A stretch of DNA of 64,000 bases from Neodothiora populina (taxonomy: Eukaryota), in assembly GCF_041146345.1 (NCBI RefSeq), contig NW_027191402.1, positions 248,001 to 312,000 on the forward strand, written 5' to 3'. The notes under the pieces were generated by a model. The model was not told where the DNA came from, searched no databases, and saw only the letters and a list, made by a program, of their open reading frames with translations. Position numbers and translations under genes: made by a program. Below are positions 36,273 to 51,000 of the stretch, one piece after another; position 1 is the stretch's first letter, and each line of letters begins with the position of its first letter.

Positions 36273-37122
36273 ATGGCACTACGTGTAAGAACCTAAACTC
36301 TGCTTCCTGCGTCTCCATAACAATGTCTTTTCTGCTATACATATATATCACAAATAGATCAATAGCCTGACTATGTCCAGGCGCTCGGAAGCAAAGCAGC
36401 CGCAGCACTCGACAAAGAGCTCATGAGCACCGGCGCATTCTCCATCGACCAACTCATGGAGCTCGCGGGCCTCTCGGTCTCACAAGCGGTATGGAAACTC
36501 CACAGCCCACAGAAAGGCAAACGCATCCTCGTGGTATGCGGACCAGGTAACAACGGCGGCGACGGCCTAGTAGCGGCCAGACACCTGCGCCACTACGGCT
36601 ACGAGCCCACGATCTACTACCCCAAGCAGAGCAAGAACGAGCTGTACCAGCGGCTGTCGCAGCAACTCAGGGACCTACGGATCCCATTCACAGAAGACTT
36701 CATGGCGTCTTTGTCGAGCACGGATTACCTTGTTGACGCCATCTTTGGCTTCTCGTTCGAGGGCGAGGTGCGAGAGCCCTTCCCTGCTGTCATCGAGGCT
36801 TTGCGCGACTCCAAGGTTCCTGTCCTGGCTGTTGATGCGCCGAGTAGTTGGAACATTGAGCAGGGCCCGCCCAGCGATGGTCCTGGAAAGGGGTATCACC
36901 CTGATGCTCTCATTAGCTTGACTGCTCCTAAGCCGCTTGTGAAGTGGTTCAAGGGTCGTCATTTCGTTGGTGGAAGGTTCGTGCATTCAGAATCGTGTGT
37001 GTGGGTTCGCTTGCTCACTTTCTTATGACAGATTCCTGAGCCCTGAGATGGCGGAGAAGTATGGTCTCGATATTCCTCCTTATGAAGGGATCGATCAATG
37101 TGTGGAAGTACCGGCGAATTGA
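36273..37122 (+). CDS. NNR1: NAD(P)H-hydrate epimerase (YjeF-N)
   Basis: QLMELAGLSV, CGPGNNGGDGLVAARHL, VDAIFGFSF and LISLTAPK; two introns. Confidence 0.93.
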
Positions 37123-37383
37123 GCCTGACTTGGCCTTGCTATTGCGAGAAAGTATCACGATCTTCCGACATTACGTTCGGGTATTGCTTTCCGCAACAGT
37201 GGACTAGGGGTATTTTTGACATGGCAGTATCATGCCTAAGTCACTTGTTGTTGTATGGCATAATGATACCGATCCTTACGACTTGCGACAATGATAGCAG
37301 CGACATGAGACTTGGTGCGAAAAATGCAAAACAGGATATATTCATTATGATGGCTTATGACAATAAGAAGAATCGTCCTCAAC

Positions 37384-39507
37384 CTATTCCATCTCTTTCG
37401 TGTGGTGGCCTACTGTGCTCACTTCCTCAGAGTCGTGTTGTGACCTGCCTTCGATGACTGCACCAGGCGGTCCAGCGAAGTTCTTGCGACCTGTAGTCAC
37501 CCAGGTGATGATGGCGATCAACATGATGACTCCAATTGCAGCGGATGTGTAGTTCCTGGGTTGCTCTGTCAGATACATGTTCACAATGTCTGTTGCAGGC
37601 ACAATACTCACATGTTTTCGCTGTCGACTGGGTTCACCGTCGGGAAGTTGAAGGTGATGGACGTGAATAAAAGGTACAGTAACCCGATAATGTTGACCAG
37701 AAGCGACCAGCGCCCTAGACTCCACGGTCCCTCCAGCGGCGTCTCCTTGCCTGACAGGCGCGAGAGCACACGAACCAGCAGCGGCATGGCATATGAGACA
37801 TCTGAAGAACGTTAGCTGCTGTTTCCGTCAAAATCACGCGATCAAACTAAAGCGACTCACAGAAACCCTCGGTAGCGATAGAGACAACAGTGTTGAATCC
37901 AGTCACAGTTCCGAAGTAAATCGAGTTCAGTGCAATTTGCACAAGCACAGTCAGCAAGATAGCAAACACAGGGATCTGCTTCTTCGCATCGACCTTGCTC
38001 CACACCTTCGAGAAGGGGAGGCCGTTATCACGAGCGAAAGCATAGACGGCACGTCCACCCTCGGCAGTGAGAGCGTTAGCGCATCCAATGTCAATGACGA
38101 TCAAAAGCACAGTTAGACATGACGATCCGGCGACGGATCCGGTCGAGTCGTAGAAGATTTGAAGGATGGGCACTCCGGTTGCTGAGCCTGCTACTCCTTC
38201 GATGGAGCCGATGCAGAAACAGGCTGCGATGAGGAACACGAAGCCGGTCGCGGCGCCGATCCAGACGGATAGCACGATGGCGCGCGGTGCTTCCTTGCGT
38301 GCGTTCACAATCTCCTCGGTCATGTGGGAGGGAGCGTCGTAGCAGCACATTCCGAACGCTGTAGAGGATAATCAGTCGCCCGTGTAATCATGAAGTGAGG
38401 TCGAGGATTCTTGTCATCCATACCTGTTTGAAGCAAGCCCAGAATGGCAGTGTACGCAGTTCCAAAGCCGGTAAAGTTCTAGATGTCCGTCGGGTCAGCC
38501 ACCTCTGCTGGTGTCGGATACGTCCTAATTGTCAATCGCTTGGCTAGCCTACCTGGAAGTCCTTGAAGACAAAGCTCGCTGATTGCTTGTGATCATTGCA
38601 AGCCAAGATGGTGACTATGATGATGACGAAAGAGCAAATGTTCCAGATCAGGAAGAAGCGTGACACCTGCGCGATCTCGTAAGCTTCGGATCAAGGCATG
38701 GGTAATGGTCTCAGGGTAGGGATTCACCTTGTGCAGCAGCTGAGGCAGGAAGACGTTGAAGCCCAAACCCACGAAAGCAACGCCGTACGCTACAAGCGTG
38801 GTTTGCCATCTGGTAATCACGTAGTCGGGGTTGTTCAAGACGGCAACGCCGAGGATGAATTCTGCGGTGATGAAGTTGTTGACTAGTGATTGATTCTTAG
38901 CAGATGCATTCTGAAATGTCGTAAATTTGTGAAGTAGCGTACCAGCGCCCATGGCAAGGATTCCTGTAAGTCGTTAGCAAATGATTCGGAAGGTCGGCTT
39001 GCTCAGCTTGCTTACCTGTCAACATGAACCATCCGCAGACATAGCTGAATCCTCTCGCCCACTTTCGCGGTGCCAGAATAGCAGCCCAGCTGTATTGGCC
39101 TCCTGCTACTGGATAGGCAGAACACATCTTAAGCGATCTGTCAGAGTGAAATCTTGTTCTCTTGGTTCGCAATGGACGCATACCTCTGCCATACTATATG
39201 CCACCGCCAAACTGAACGCACACACGCCGAGCCAACTCCAGACCTAAGTCATCAACGATCAGCCTTTTGATCTCTTCCTCGGAAAAGTCGCGGAAAGACT
39301 CACCATCACAGGCGGACCTCCCGACTCGGCACCAATGATAAGAACGCCCGACAGAGCACTCCAGCAAGTCACAATACTGAAGCAGAAACCAATCATGCTC
39401 AGCAAGTTGAAACTCCTCTTGAGTTCAGCCTGATATCCCATCTTCTCGAGGGCTGCATCCTCCTCGACGACATTGTCGAAGGGCTTGTCCGCGCTCATCT
39501 GCGACAT
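37384..39507 (-). CDS. Amino acid/GABA/choline permease (APC superfamily)
   Basis: ELKRSFNLLSMIGFCFSI, SAYPVAGGQYSW, YDAPSHMTEE and YAFARDNGLPFS; many introns. Confidence 0.9.
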
Positions 39508-40209
39508 GGCAGAACGACGAGTACCGTTACGGAAACGAGCAAGTGATTATGCAGAATGTCGAAGGGGATCGCAATGCAAGGATGTATACACAAAAGTATA
39601 TAGTGAAGACCTTCAATTTTCGACAGAGGCAATGGTCGAGGACGTGTTATACATATAAGGCGCCCTTATTGCCATCATACATGCATGCTATACCCTAGTA
39701 CGGGCAAGGCCGTGAAGATAAGGAAAGGCCGATCTGAAGGCCCTTAGTTGTAAGGCATAGTAACGGTCCGACCGACCACGAGCTACAAATGTCCGTCAAT
39801 CCTGTACAAGTACCAATGATAACAACCCAAAACCTTACATATTGGGGTTTATAAACCCAGTCAAAGCACTTTGGACTGGATGCGTGCGCTCATTGGTCGT
39901 GATTGCTTAAACCCTGGCTTGAGGGCGGGCGTAACGTTCTCGGGCCGTGTCTCCTAGCGCTGTTCATCTCCTCGACTTACTCTTTTCAGTGAAGTAAGCG
40001 AGCTCTCTATCTACCCTCGAGCGGCAATGAGTCGTGACTGATACGTACTTACGTGACCGAGTGTGCAGCACTGAAAAATGATAACAAGCTCACTAAGTGA
40101 GCAAAGAAGTGATCTTGACTTCGAGAACGTGACACCATGAGAACAATCGCAGCTGTAGGTAGGTAATGTACACACATCGCGTGATGGCTCCGTCGCCGCA
40201 CGCTCTAGT

Positions 40210-41856
40210 TCAAACCGGCGACTCCGCTCCCCTATCCCTATGTAAGAGCTTATGTAGTTTGCCTGTAGACTCATGTTCTTTGAGTGGAACATGAGTGTGT
40301 TGCACTTCACAACGTCCGTCCTGACAGCACTCCCAGTCCTGCAGTACCTGAGTCTCGAGAGCTTCTTTGATACTGATGCGCTTCGGAGGCTCCGGGTGCA
40401 GCATCTTCATCAGCATGCGCTCAATGGACATGCTGTTGAGGGCTCTGAAGATTGGACCACATTGAGGGTAATCTTCAGAATCCCATGTGAGGATGCCGTC
40501 TGGATGATGCTCTGACCACTCCTTCCACCCCACAACATACTTCTTGAAACGTGGGTCTGATTCATCAGCTCTGACCCATGGATGCCTCTTGAAAATCATG
40601 ACAACAAGGATAATGGCACAAGACCATACGTCCAGCCCGCGAGGGTCGAAGTCAACTTTCGCTGCCTCCACTTCAGGTGACTTGTAAGGTTCTGATCCGT
40701 AAAGCGCCGGGCTAGACAATCGAACCTCGCCCATATCAACTCCACATTCGCCACCTCCGCGCATACCCGGATGAAGGCCACTGAAAACCTCACTCAATCC
40801 AAAATCAATGATTTTGAGACATCCGGTTCTTGTCAAGAGAAGATTCTCTGGTTTGATGTCTCTGTGCGCAATGCCATGGCTGTGCAAGTATTCGACGCCT
40901 CGTAGGAGCTGCTTGAAAATACAATGTATAGCTCCCATATCGTTGAGAAGCTTGTGGTCAAGGATGTCGTAGAGTGATCCAGCATCGCAGTACTCCATGA
41001 CCTGGCTCCACTGCTCGTCTTTGTTGCACAATCGTAAGCACTTGATGATGTTCTCATGATCGCACGAGTGTCCTATACTGTATTCGGACTTGATCTTGTT
41101 GACATAGTCCTTGATCAACTCTCCTTGTTGCGGCGCTCGGAATTGCTTCACAGCATAGAACTCATTACGGGCTCCGCCTTTGCGGCGCATCAGAATAACA
41201 TGAGCAAAACCACCTTCTCCAATCCTCTCCTTACGCTTCCGAATCAAATGGATGGAAGTGTACTCCTTCTCCAGAGGGCACGTATCCACTAGGAAATCCG
41301 GAGGGAGAGCACTAGAGAGCCGCCGGGACTTGGTACCTGTTCCGGCAGCCGCACTCCTCTGGGAGGAAGAGCTCAGAATGCCCAACTTAGATCCTTCATA
41401 TCGATTCGATGACTCGGCACTGTGCGATCGTCGCCGACTACGATTGTTCTCTGCTTCAGGCTGTCGATAGCGATAGCTGAGATTAGAAAAAGTAAGTCTC
41501 GATCTACCGCGACCGCTCTCTCCCAGACCAGGGCGCTTCGAATTATTGTTGTCGGCTGTTGGCCGTTTGACAGGATTTAAAGACCCAGCCCATTTCAACA
41601 CATTCTCAGTAGAGGAGGTAGTCGACGATGCAGCACTCGAATCCACGTTTCCAGTGGCCTTCTTAGGTGTAGTAGAGCCCGAGCCTAGATCCGTCGGAGT
41701 GCGTGGTCCAGAACTCAACTGTTTCGGAGCACCAACACCGTTAAATGTACTGCTGCGAGGTGGTTTGATTGCAGTTGTTGCAGTGGTTTTGCGCTGCGAC
41801 TCGAGCGCGTTCAACGCGTCTAAAGCAGACATCTGCTTGCCTGCACTTTCTGGCAT
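40210..41856 (-). CDS. Ser/Thr protein kinase, HAL/Npr1/Ptk2-like
   Basis: IGEGGFAHV, YAVK, HRDIKPEN, DFG and GSEPYKSPE motifs; Ser-rich N-terminus. Confidence 0.88.
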   Translation of the reverse strand: MPESAGKQMSALDALNALESQRKTTATTAIKPPRSSTFNGVGAPKQLSSGPRTPTDLGSGSTTPKKATGNVDSSAASSTTSSTENVLKWAGSLNPVKRPTADNNNSKRPGLGESGRGRSRLTFSNLSYRYRQPEAENNRSRRRSHSAESSNRYEGSKLGILSSSSQRSAAAGTGTKSRRLSSALPPDFLVDTCPLEKEYTSIHLIRKRKERIGEGGFAHVILMRRKGGARNEFYAVKQFRAPQQGELIKDYVNKIKSEYSIGHSCDHENIIKCLRLCNKDEQWSQVMEYCDAGSLYDILDHKLLNDMGAIHCIFKQLLRGVEYLHSHGIAHRDIKPENLLLTRTGCLKIIDFGLSEVFSGLHPGMRGGGECGVDMGEVRLSSPALYGSEPYKSPEVEAAKVDFDPRGLDVWSCAIILVVMIFKRHPWVRADESDPRFKKYVVGWKEWSEHHPDGILTWDSEDYPQCGPIFRALNSMSIERMLMKMLHPEPPKRISIKEALETQVLQDWECCQDGRCEVQHTHVPLKEHESTGKLHKLLHRDRGAESPV

Positions 41857-43096
41857 GACGTGCGCGGCGGATCTAAAAGGCCAAGTGCGGAATTCGCGTG
41901 AATGTTCTCTCTATACGAAATGTCGCTGAATGTAAAATCTATCCAAAGACGAAGGACTCAGGGGAGACAGATGGGGCATGGACTGCAGGTGAAGATGAAA
42001 TCACTCGCATATCTCAGGCTCATTGTGATGAGCGATGGCATTGATAATGCGGGCGATTTTAGCGGTGGAGGTTGGCAGGCGAGGTAGGTAATCGTCAGCT
42101 TTGCGACAAGCAGAGTGCGGAGTGCGAGCGAACTCGGCATCTCGGCGCACGATCCTTGATCTGGCATGGTCAAGTTCGTTGAGGGTGGGAAATGGGGGAT
42201 TTCTGTGGGCCGGCTCCACGCCTAACCGAACCTCTGCGGCTATTTACTGTACTGTAATAGAAAATGCGAAAAGGCTTACCTAGCTTAGTGTGAGGTATGA
42301 TTGTTGCTTTAATTCAAATATCAGCACGTTGTACAAACCTTTACCCAGAGCGTGAGACTCTTCGCTCATTGACTGAGACCTCAACGTCGAACCTTTACAC
42401 GCTCTGTTGTGCAATCAAAGCATCCTCAACACGTGGCTCGTGTGGTAGGTTCGATAGTTCTCGGTTGTATAAAGGTATAATACAACATTATACCTTCGTC
42501 CACTCACTCGCTACTATGGAGTACAGTACAGTACTTACAGCAGAGCTACGGTACACTACTATCCACTGGTATAGTGTCACGGTCTGGAAGCACATGATTC
42601 ATCTATTTCAAGCAATACGGGCCACCGGACCTTGACAAGCAGTAAGCGTGATTACACATCACGGATGCACTTTGAGGATTCAGTATCTCCAATAGAGGCG
42701 TTAAAGGTTACTGCGCAGTATAGCCTTCTCTAGAACTCTACCTTGCATTCGATGCTAGAATGAGGCGCGATAAATCACCCTATTTATCCTTTATCATGCC
42801 TTCAACCGTGATTGAGATATCCAGCTACCTGCCATCTACAATGTTTTCCAAGGTCAAGTGAAGTACTGTAGCTGGGTTGCGTCATCACGCATGAACGGAG
42901 TACCTTGTGCCCATCCATGCATGCATGCCTGACGACTTGAGAAGATAAGGTATGCCTAGATTGGGCACATACGATATGTGAGGCGACCTTATGTAAGAAG
43001 CAATGGCGATTAATTAAAGATATAATATGTTGCGCTAGAATCATCAAGAATGCCACTCTACAAGCACTATATAGCAGAAAACGGATATCGTCAAGT

Positions 43097-45015
43097 TCAT
43101 GATTGGTTTTGCTTCCCATGCTTGGTCAATCGGGTCGTCTTCTTGGCCCCTTTTGCGACAGAGCTTGGCGTTTCACCTCTGACATCTTGATCGTCCAGCC
43201 ACCCTTCCTGAAGTGCGATGTGTATTAGGTCCCCTGCGGACCGTAAGCCGGAATGCGGAAGTTCATATGGATCCAACATGTGTCGCATCCTCGCCAACGC
43301 CTCTTCTAGTTCCACTGCTCTTGCAGCTATAGTTTTGTCCCGGTAGTACGAGTTCGAGTCCGCAGACTCTGACCATTCGAAATGTTCCAGCAGCTTGTAG
43401 AGGATAAAGTGGAGCCAAACAAGATTAGTCTGTGGGTGGTAACCTCTCCACGTCCTACCAGAAGCCTCGACTTCCTCCCACCGTTCGTCAGGATCCGCGA
43501 GCGGGTCATCGAGATACATAGCCGAACGCATGTAGCGGTAGATCTCGTATTGATACTCCTCCTCGGCATCGCCTTCGAAGAGTGAGACATCCTTCTCAAG
43601 ATCTAGAAAAGCCACGTTGTCCTCGTCCAAGAGACCATCAGCCTGCTGGATTTCGGCCCGTGAGATGGTGTAATCAATCAGTGTGGTTTCCATGCCGGTG
43701 AAACCAAGTTTCTTTGTTACATCCGCTTTGGCGATGCCATATCGGGCTTGGCGAGCATGCAGAGGCTTTCTGGCAGACACGCAAATATTGCCTATGTGCA
43801 GATCTCGGTGTTCAAAGCCAACGTCGTCCTCTCCTTTACCAAGAGCAAGAACAACGCCCCAAAACACATCCCAAATCGACCAGACATCGCTTACGTCTGT
43901 GTTCTCTAGGTCACTTCCTGCGTCTGAAATGCGAGAGTCAGTCAAGAGGTGTAATTGAGTTGGTTGTTATGCGTACCTTTCATCTCAATGACCGCCCACA
44001 ACTGGTCATTCTTATAGCTTGCCGGTTTCCCAGGGTCAGGAAAGACGCTGACTTCTTTGCCCTTTGCTTTTTGGGAGTCGTTCCAGCCTCGCCATGCATT
44101 GACAAAGGAGGTGCCTGGTCGACCTTGTAGTAAACAGCATTCGCGAAATACTGTGTATCCAGGTATTGTCGTCATGCGCTGCATCAGGCGGACTTCGCTA
44201 GCAACGTCCTCCGGGTCACTCATCATCTCCATGCGTTTCCTCGCTGCCTTGCTCAGCTTCTTCTTGGCGGCTGGCGGATCCTTCAAGGCAATGATCTTAA
44301 GAACCGACTCATCGGCTCTACCGAGAGATGGGTGTGGTCGCAATAACGAGAGCCGATAGACTTCTCCAAATGAAGCTTCAGCGATCTTTGCGACAGAAAA
44401 GTGTGACGACAGTTGTTCGGACCATTCAATAAATTGCATCAGAGGCTGATCGGAGAGAGCTAAAAGTGACGCTACATGGTTTGTGTATATGTTCGATGGC
44501 TCTGATTTGCTTTCAAATGGCGCTGATTCTGTGACGGCTGGTATGGTACTCGGAGAGGGCGATTGCGCCTTTACTTGCGGCTCATCGTTTGCGTCGTTCT
44601 CGTGGTCATCGAGGGGTACAATTTGCGCCGCGCCTTCGTCGTTTGGGAGGTCCTTCTCGCACTGTTCTTCGGTGTCTAGTGCACCCAACGGAGGAGAAAG
44701 CAAAGAGTCTGATTGTTGTGTGAGTTTCCTTGCTTTCTTAGGACTGCCGTGCTTCTTCTTTAAATCTCTTGGTGATGTCGAAGCGTGTTGCGAGGCATTG
44801 GCATCTCTGCTACATAGTGGAGACCTTGACTGATGGCTCGTCGTAGTCGACTCTTCACTTGATGCATCATGTACTGTCAACCTTCCAAGCTCCTCTGCAA
44901 CCTCGGCCACTTCGAACGTCTCTGGTGATTTTCGAGATTTGACTGGGCTGGCGAACCCAGTGAAGCTCGAGTAAACATGCGTCGATCGCTTTCCGTACAT
45001 CTGCTTGCGTGCCAT
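43097..45015 (-). CDS. Haspin-family kinase (Alk1-like)
   Basis: KIAEASFGEVY, FEHRDLHIGNI, IDYTISRA, YQYEIYRYMR and TNLVWL; one intron near 43920-43975. Confidence 0.9.
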
Positions 45016-45392
45016 ACTGAGCAATAATCAACACGAATATTGCAATGACTCTACGGTTACATATGAACTTGAGCTGTGGTTGGGTTGAAGAAATTGCTGA
45101 AGTATGGTATGCAGGAGTGATGATAGTAAACACGGCGTTGCCGAGGCTGCAATCTTATCTTGATCATCTTCTCCTGTCCATCGACCGCGAAACCTTCGCT
45201 TGTGCGTGAGCATTAATTAATTATTTTGGGACCATTCTGAAACAGGTCGGGATTAGATTGTGTCGTGAGTTTGGATACTTTACAAAGTCTCCGTGACCTC
45301 ACGAGTCTTTTGATAGCATTGTTTTTGATACACCTGTCACTTTTGTGCCAGTATATAATCATTGTGTTGGGCTTCTGTTCAGGCAGAACACA

Positions 45393-47255
45393 ATGGCATC
45401 TCGTACTGCCAGCCAAAAGGCCCCGGTCCAGCAGGCGGCCGCTGTGCAGTCGCCGCCAAACGGTATGAGTAGTTTACGACTGTTCAGTCGTGCAGTGTGT
45501 CTTCTGACTCTGGGTGCTTTTTGCTCGCCACTTTCACAACTGAAACTTGCGCCGGTCTACGGATCAATACCTTCGGCTCAATTTCATCATCTAGGAACAG
45601 CAACATTGGTCCTGCTTGCCTTGACTCGACCATCCTGGATTGTCCGCTACATACCAGATGGCGCTTTCAGGTATCTGCAGCTTCTACCGTGCTGGACTGG
45701 GATAATCCAGACACTCCTGTTCACACTTAGTACTCGCTGTGGACCGACCCTTGGACCAGTCTTGACCGAGAGCTTGACATTCTACCCGCTGGTCTTTCTT
45801 ACCGCACTGGCCGCATCTGGCTTGCTGCTTTCTGCACAGATAGAGAGATATGTCCACGGCTCTCTCAAAGGCACCGTACTGGGTCTTTCTGCGTATGGTC
45901 TGTTCACTCTTCTCGAGTCTCGCGCGTGGCACATGGTTGCATGGCTAGTGTCGTCATCCGAGTATTTCACAAGAACGACTCTCCAGGCATTAGTTGGGTT
46001 CGTTTATTTTGTCATTTCACCTTCGAAGTTGTACATTGCGAGCTTGGTGCCGCTGCTATATACCGTGCTGCTAGATCCTCACTCCCCCGCTCCTTATGCC
46101 ACGGCGAATCTGCAGTCATCTCTGCAGGCTCAGAATTGGTCGTTGTTGGAAAGGGGAGACTCCGTCACGGGTTATGTCTCGGTGCTCGAGAATCTGAATA
46201 TGCAGTATCGCCTGATGAGATGTGATCATTCCATCCTCGGTGGCGAGTGGTTGATCACTGACCAGCGCAAGAGGGACGGCATCGTTGTTCCCGAGCCCAT
46301 ATATGCTGTTTTCGAGATGCTGGAGGCTGTGCGCTTGATAAAGATGCCCGAAGACACCAAGGCTGACGCCGAGAAGAACGCTCTAGTGATGTAAGTTTCC
46401 CCTTCTTTCCTTTTCGCAGTAAGCGTACGATCCTCTCGTGAGAACGAATTGCTAATACCAACACGCTACAGCGGACTAGGAATAGGCACAGCACCCAAAG
46501 CACTGATCGCTCATGGCATCAACACGACGATCGTAGAACTCGACCCCCTAGTGCACGCATACGCCCTCAAATACTTCGACCTACCCGTGAACCACACGCC
46601 CGTCCTCGAAGACGCAGTATCATGGGTAGAGCGAACCGCAGCGGCGTCTCCAGCCGTCAAATACGACTACATAATCCACGACGTCTTCACGGGCGGCGCG
46701 GAGCCCCTATCACTATTCACGATCGACTTCCTGCAGAACCTGCGCTCGCTGCTCGCGGCCCACGGCGCAATCGCACTGAACTACGCAGGCGACCTGAGTT
46801 CGCCGTCGACGAACCTCGTGCTGCACACGATCAACACGGCGTTCGAGAGCCAGTGCCGCATGTTCCGCGACCAAGAGCCTCTGATGCGCGACCAGAGCGG
46901 CTCGACCGAAGAGGAATCCGACTTTCTGAACATGGTCATCTTCTGCACCAACAAATCGCCCTCTCCCCCTTCTGCTTCTATTCCACTATCGGCCGACGAT
47001 ACCCTCACCTTCCGCAACCCCACGGAAGCAGACTACCTGCGCTCGCAATCCCGTCGGCACTACCTGCTTCCGCGCGAGTCGTTAGAGCTGCCCTTCCCGG
47101 GCGCGGCGCAGATGAACGAGACCGCGCGCGAGGGCTTCAGGTTGTTGACGCCGGCGAATATGAAGAATCTCGACAAGAGGCAGATTGAGAGCGCCAAGAG
47201 GCATTGGGAGATTATGAGGATGGTCATGCCTGCGGTTGTTTGGGAGGGGTGGTGA
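45393..47255 (+). CDS. Membrane-anchored spermidine synthase-like SAM-dependent methyltransferase
   Basis: N-terminal TM helices; RCDHSILGG, GLGIGT, TIVELDP and IIHDVFTGG; one intron about 46391-46470. Confidence 0.82.
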
Positions 47256-48056
47256 GTTGGCGTGATGAGATCAGAGGGGGGAAATAAAGGAAGTGAGGCT
47301 GGGCTGTGTCCCTTGTTTCTTGCTTTCTCACATATCCTTGGGGATCCCTCTGCAGGGGGAGATGGATAGATGAATACACTTGTATGCAATTGCTGTCTAG
47401 AACAAGACCGCTGGACTTTGGCCCGGCCCTTCTCGATATGTGCTGCTCCCAGACTACTTTTTCCACACAGTCTCTAGGTGGAAGGCGAGGCCGGCGGCTG
47501 GTGGATAATCTTCTGCGACAAAGACGAGCCATCAGCATAGCATTGAACATCCAACAAGATGGGGAAAATGGACAAACGTGAATTGAAAGTATACATCCAC
47601 ACATCCCATGACGGATGATGCATGATGCATGATCGAGTTGATTCATGTATGGCAATGTTTATAATCTCTCTCTTTTCAACAGTCTTAGTGTATATATATC
47701 CTCACCCACAACATCATTGGTCCACCAGCCAACTTCCTCCACTGACCTCTTCCCGACCCCCCATACCGGGCCCCTCCGTTGACCACGAACGATGCAATAA
47801 CCTCCTTCCAGGAAACCAAAATTATGACCCGTATGCGCCGCGCTGAATAGTTATGAGCAGAAAGCGAAAACAGTATACATCAACAGACCCGCGGAACGAA
47901 ACCTCGAGCGGAAAAAGAAAACAGCAGCCAAAGCTTGTGTGTGTGTGCCAGAACAGAAAAAGATGGACACACATGAAGACTCTATCCCGAGTAAAGCCGG
48001 AGACAAGCAGGCGAAAGTCAGAATCGAAGAGGAAATAACATAGGAAAGTTGCTGGA

Positions 48057-51000
48057 TCAGCTGGCAGCGGCGGTTCCTTCACTCGCAATGGCACTGCTGT
48101 TCTGCGCAGTAGAGGCCTCTGCGCTCGGTGCAGGTCTTGCAGTTGTCGAACCCTCGAGACTCGCCCTCGAGGTACGCTTGGTCTTCTTTTCGCTTGTAAA
48201 GTCCTTCCATTTACGCCATCCGTCAAAGTCAATGAGGGCTTGCATGCAACCCCATTCTTTGACCTTGCGTTCGAGCCACACAAAGTTGACGGGCTGAAAT
48301 AAAGAAAATTAGCTGAGTCGGCATTAGCAATATACACAAATGCACTAACCTTGGTCAAGAAATCATTGCAACCGGCAGCCAAAGCTTCGTGTCTGTCACT
48401 CTGCAAACTACTCGCGGTAAGGGCGACGATGATGACGGGGCTCTTGAAGAGTCCATTCTCCACATTCAATCTGTCATTCTCCCGCTCCTTCTCGCGGGCA
48501 TCTTCGACAGAGGTGTCTTCCTGCGGACTCCCGTCGGTCGCGTCAGCTCGCTGTCTGACGGCAGCCGGTGTGCTCGGAGCGCTGTTGCTGAAGACACCGA
48601 TGCCGTTGACTCTCTCCAATCTCCTTATTTCCTTTGTGGCTTCCAGACCACTCATGATGGGCAGTTGAATATCCATCAGCACAAGATGGAAGCCACCGGC
48701 TCGCCACTTGTTGACGGCGATTTGACCGTTCATGGCAGTGCTCCAACGGACTTTCAGCCTCTTCATGAAGGCCTCTAGCAGCTTCAAGTTGATGATGTTG
48801 TCCTCGACGATCAAGACGTTGATGGGCGGGACAGAATTGTCAAGCAGGTTGGACACATTTGAGGATTTGGCGTTTGCGGAGGGAGACTTGAGTCCCGGGG
48901 TACCGTTGGTCGGCGTGGGTTTCCTCATGCGGCGCGGTCTGGCGGGGCGCAGTGTGGTCTGCTCTCTCGCAGCTGGGGTGTGTGGAGCACTGCCGGTGTT
49001 GGCGGTAGGCGCAGCCTCGGGGCCAGGTGGAGTGGGGAGAGGGGGAGCGGCAGGTGCGCCATTAGGATGTTGCTCGGCGGCGTTGGAACTGGCTCGGGGT
49101 CGACCAGAGCGGATAGGCAGGTGTTGTGAGACGCTGAGGTTGGGCATGTTGGCGGGGGCGACGGTGTTGTTGGCATTGGAAATAATGGTGGGAGACGAGG
49201 TGTGTTGGCGTCCATATTTAGGGCGATGTTGATGGTCACGGTGACGACGAACAGTGCCGGGAGACGGCAGAGGAGGTAGTTGACCAGTGCTGAGGACAGA
49301 TATAGATCGCTGGTCTGGGTGCATGGCGGCGGCGTTGATGACACGAGGATCGGTCGTGCCATTGGGAGCAGAAGGCGGGATGACGGCGGGCATGGCGACG
49401 TTCATGGGCATCGCCATGGGCATGGGCGGAAAGTAGTCGGTGCCGCTCTCGGGAGGACGGAAGTCATCCAAGGCGTGATATGCGGGATTCTGGTTGTGCT
49501 GCTGCATGACGCGCGGCGAGGGCCTGGGAGTGCGGCGCTGTGGGATGTCGATGAGAAGGGCGTCGTTGACGGTCTGGCCTCCAGGATAGCACGAGTCTAT
49601 GAGGCGACAGATCTCATCATCGGGCGCCAGCGGACGGTCGACCTGGCCACGGGCAGCGTCAGGGCGACCAACCAGGCGCAGGACGAGGTCGGGAGAGTCG
49701 AAGTTCCTGCCCAGCGAGTTGGCGTACTTCCTCAGGATCATGTCGCGTACGTCGTCGACAAGGTCGTCTTGGTTTATCGTGACCATTGTCGGCGACGCGC
49801 CAGGTCGCTTGACCCAGATCTTTCGCATGGGCATTCTGGCGATGACGGGCGGCCCGGTGGGCGCAGGTCCGGTGCGTTGATGTTGTTGTTGTTGTTGTTG
49901 ATCGGCCTGTCGCTCGAGCTTGTCGTTGTTGTCGTTGTTGTTGTTGTTGTAGCTGTGATCTGTCTCTCTTTCCTCCGGGTGTGACGCTTGTTGCTGTCGC
50001 TCGTTCTTGCGCTCGACGGGAGTGGAAGACCTGGACGACTGCTCAAGGACCTTTGGAGTTACCGAAGAGGTGACATGCGAGGAGAGCTGCTCGGCGGCGG
50101 CTGCGAGAGCGTCGGGTGGACTAGGCCTGGATGGAGAGAGAAGCAATGTTAGTCAGCAAAGTATAGAGGTGTGAAGAAGAGTGCAGTGACTTCCGCCCAG
50201 ACAAGTGTAGTAGCAGTAGACAGATGATTGAATATTTCAAGCAGCAGCAGCAGCAAGGGGGAGGGGCATTGAAAGCGAGATGATGGTGGGCTTACCGTGG
50301 GGTTGTGTCGTTGACGAAAGACTGATGTTGTGGAGCGCTGACAGCGACACTAAGACTGCTGTTGCTGTCTTCGGAAGGAGAGTCGGCGTCGACGTCGACG
50401 TCTGTTCCGTCTGGCGTTGGGCAGTGGACGACGAGAGCGGGCTTGATGCTGCTGGCTACACTGACTGAGATTACCGTGTCATCTTCCTGTCTTTCCAGAG
50501 CTTCCTCACACTCCGAAGCGACTTCTTCCGAGTCTTGTCGTCGGTTTAGTGAAGTTGTTGATGGTGACGGTGATGAAGAGGATAATTGCACATCTGATAC
50601 TGATATTGATACCGATGTTGCTGCTCCTTCTTCTGTTGCGTCTTCTGCCTCGTCCATCTGAGGCTCAACTGCTGCCGCTGCTGCTGGCGACAATCGCCGA
50701 TCATCAGCCGCCTGCCCCGGACTTGGCGTTTCTTCTTCGTTCAGAGCCAGAGCCTCCGAGAGTACAGGTACAGGTACAGGTACAGGTACAGGTACAGGTA
50801 CTTCTGTTGTGGCTGGTGACACCTCGGCTGCGGCTCGAGGCTTGTCGCTTTCATTAAGTTCCGCCGACTCGAGCTGTAGCTCTTCCTGTTGTTGCTGATG
50901 CTCGGCGTCAGCGTGTTGTTGTTGTTGTTGTTGTTGTAGTAGTAGTTGTTCTTGAAGTTGCTGCTGCTGCTGTTGCTGCTCTTGAAGCTGCTCGGGTTCT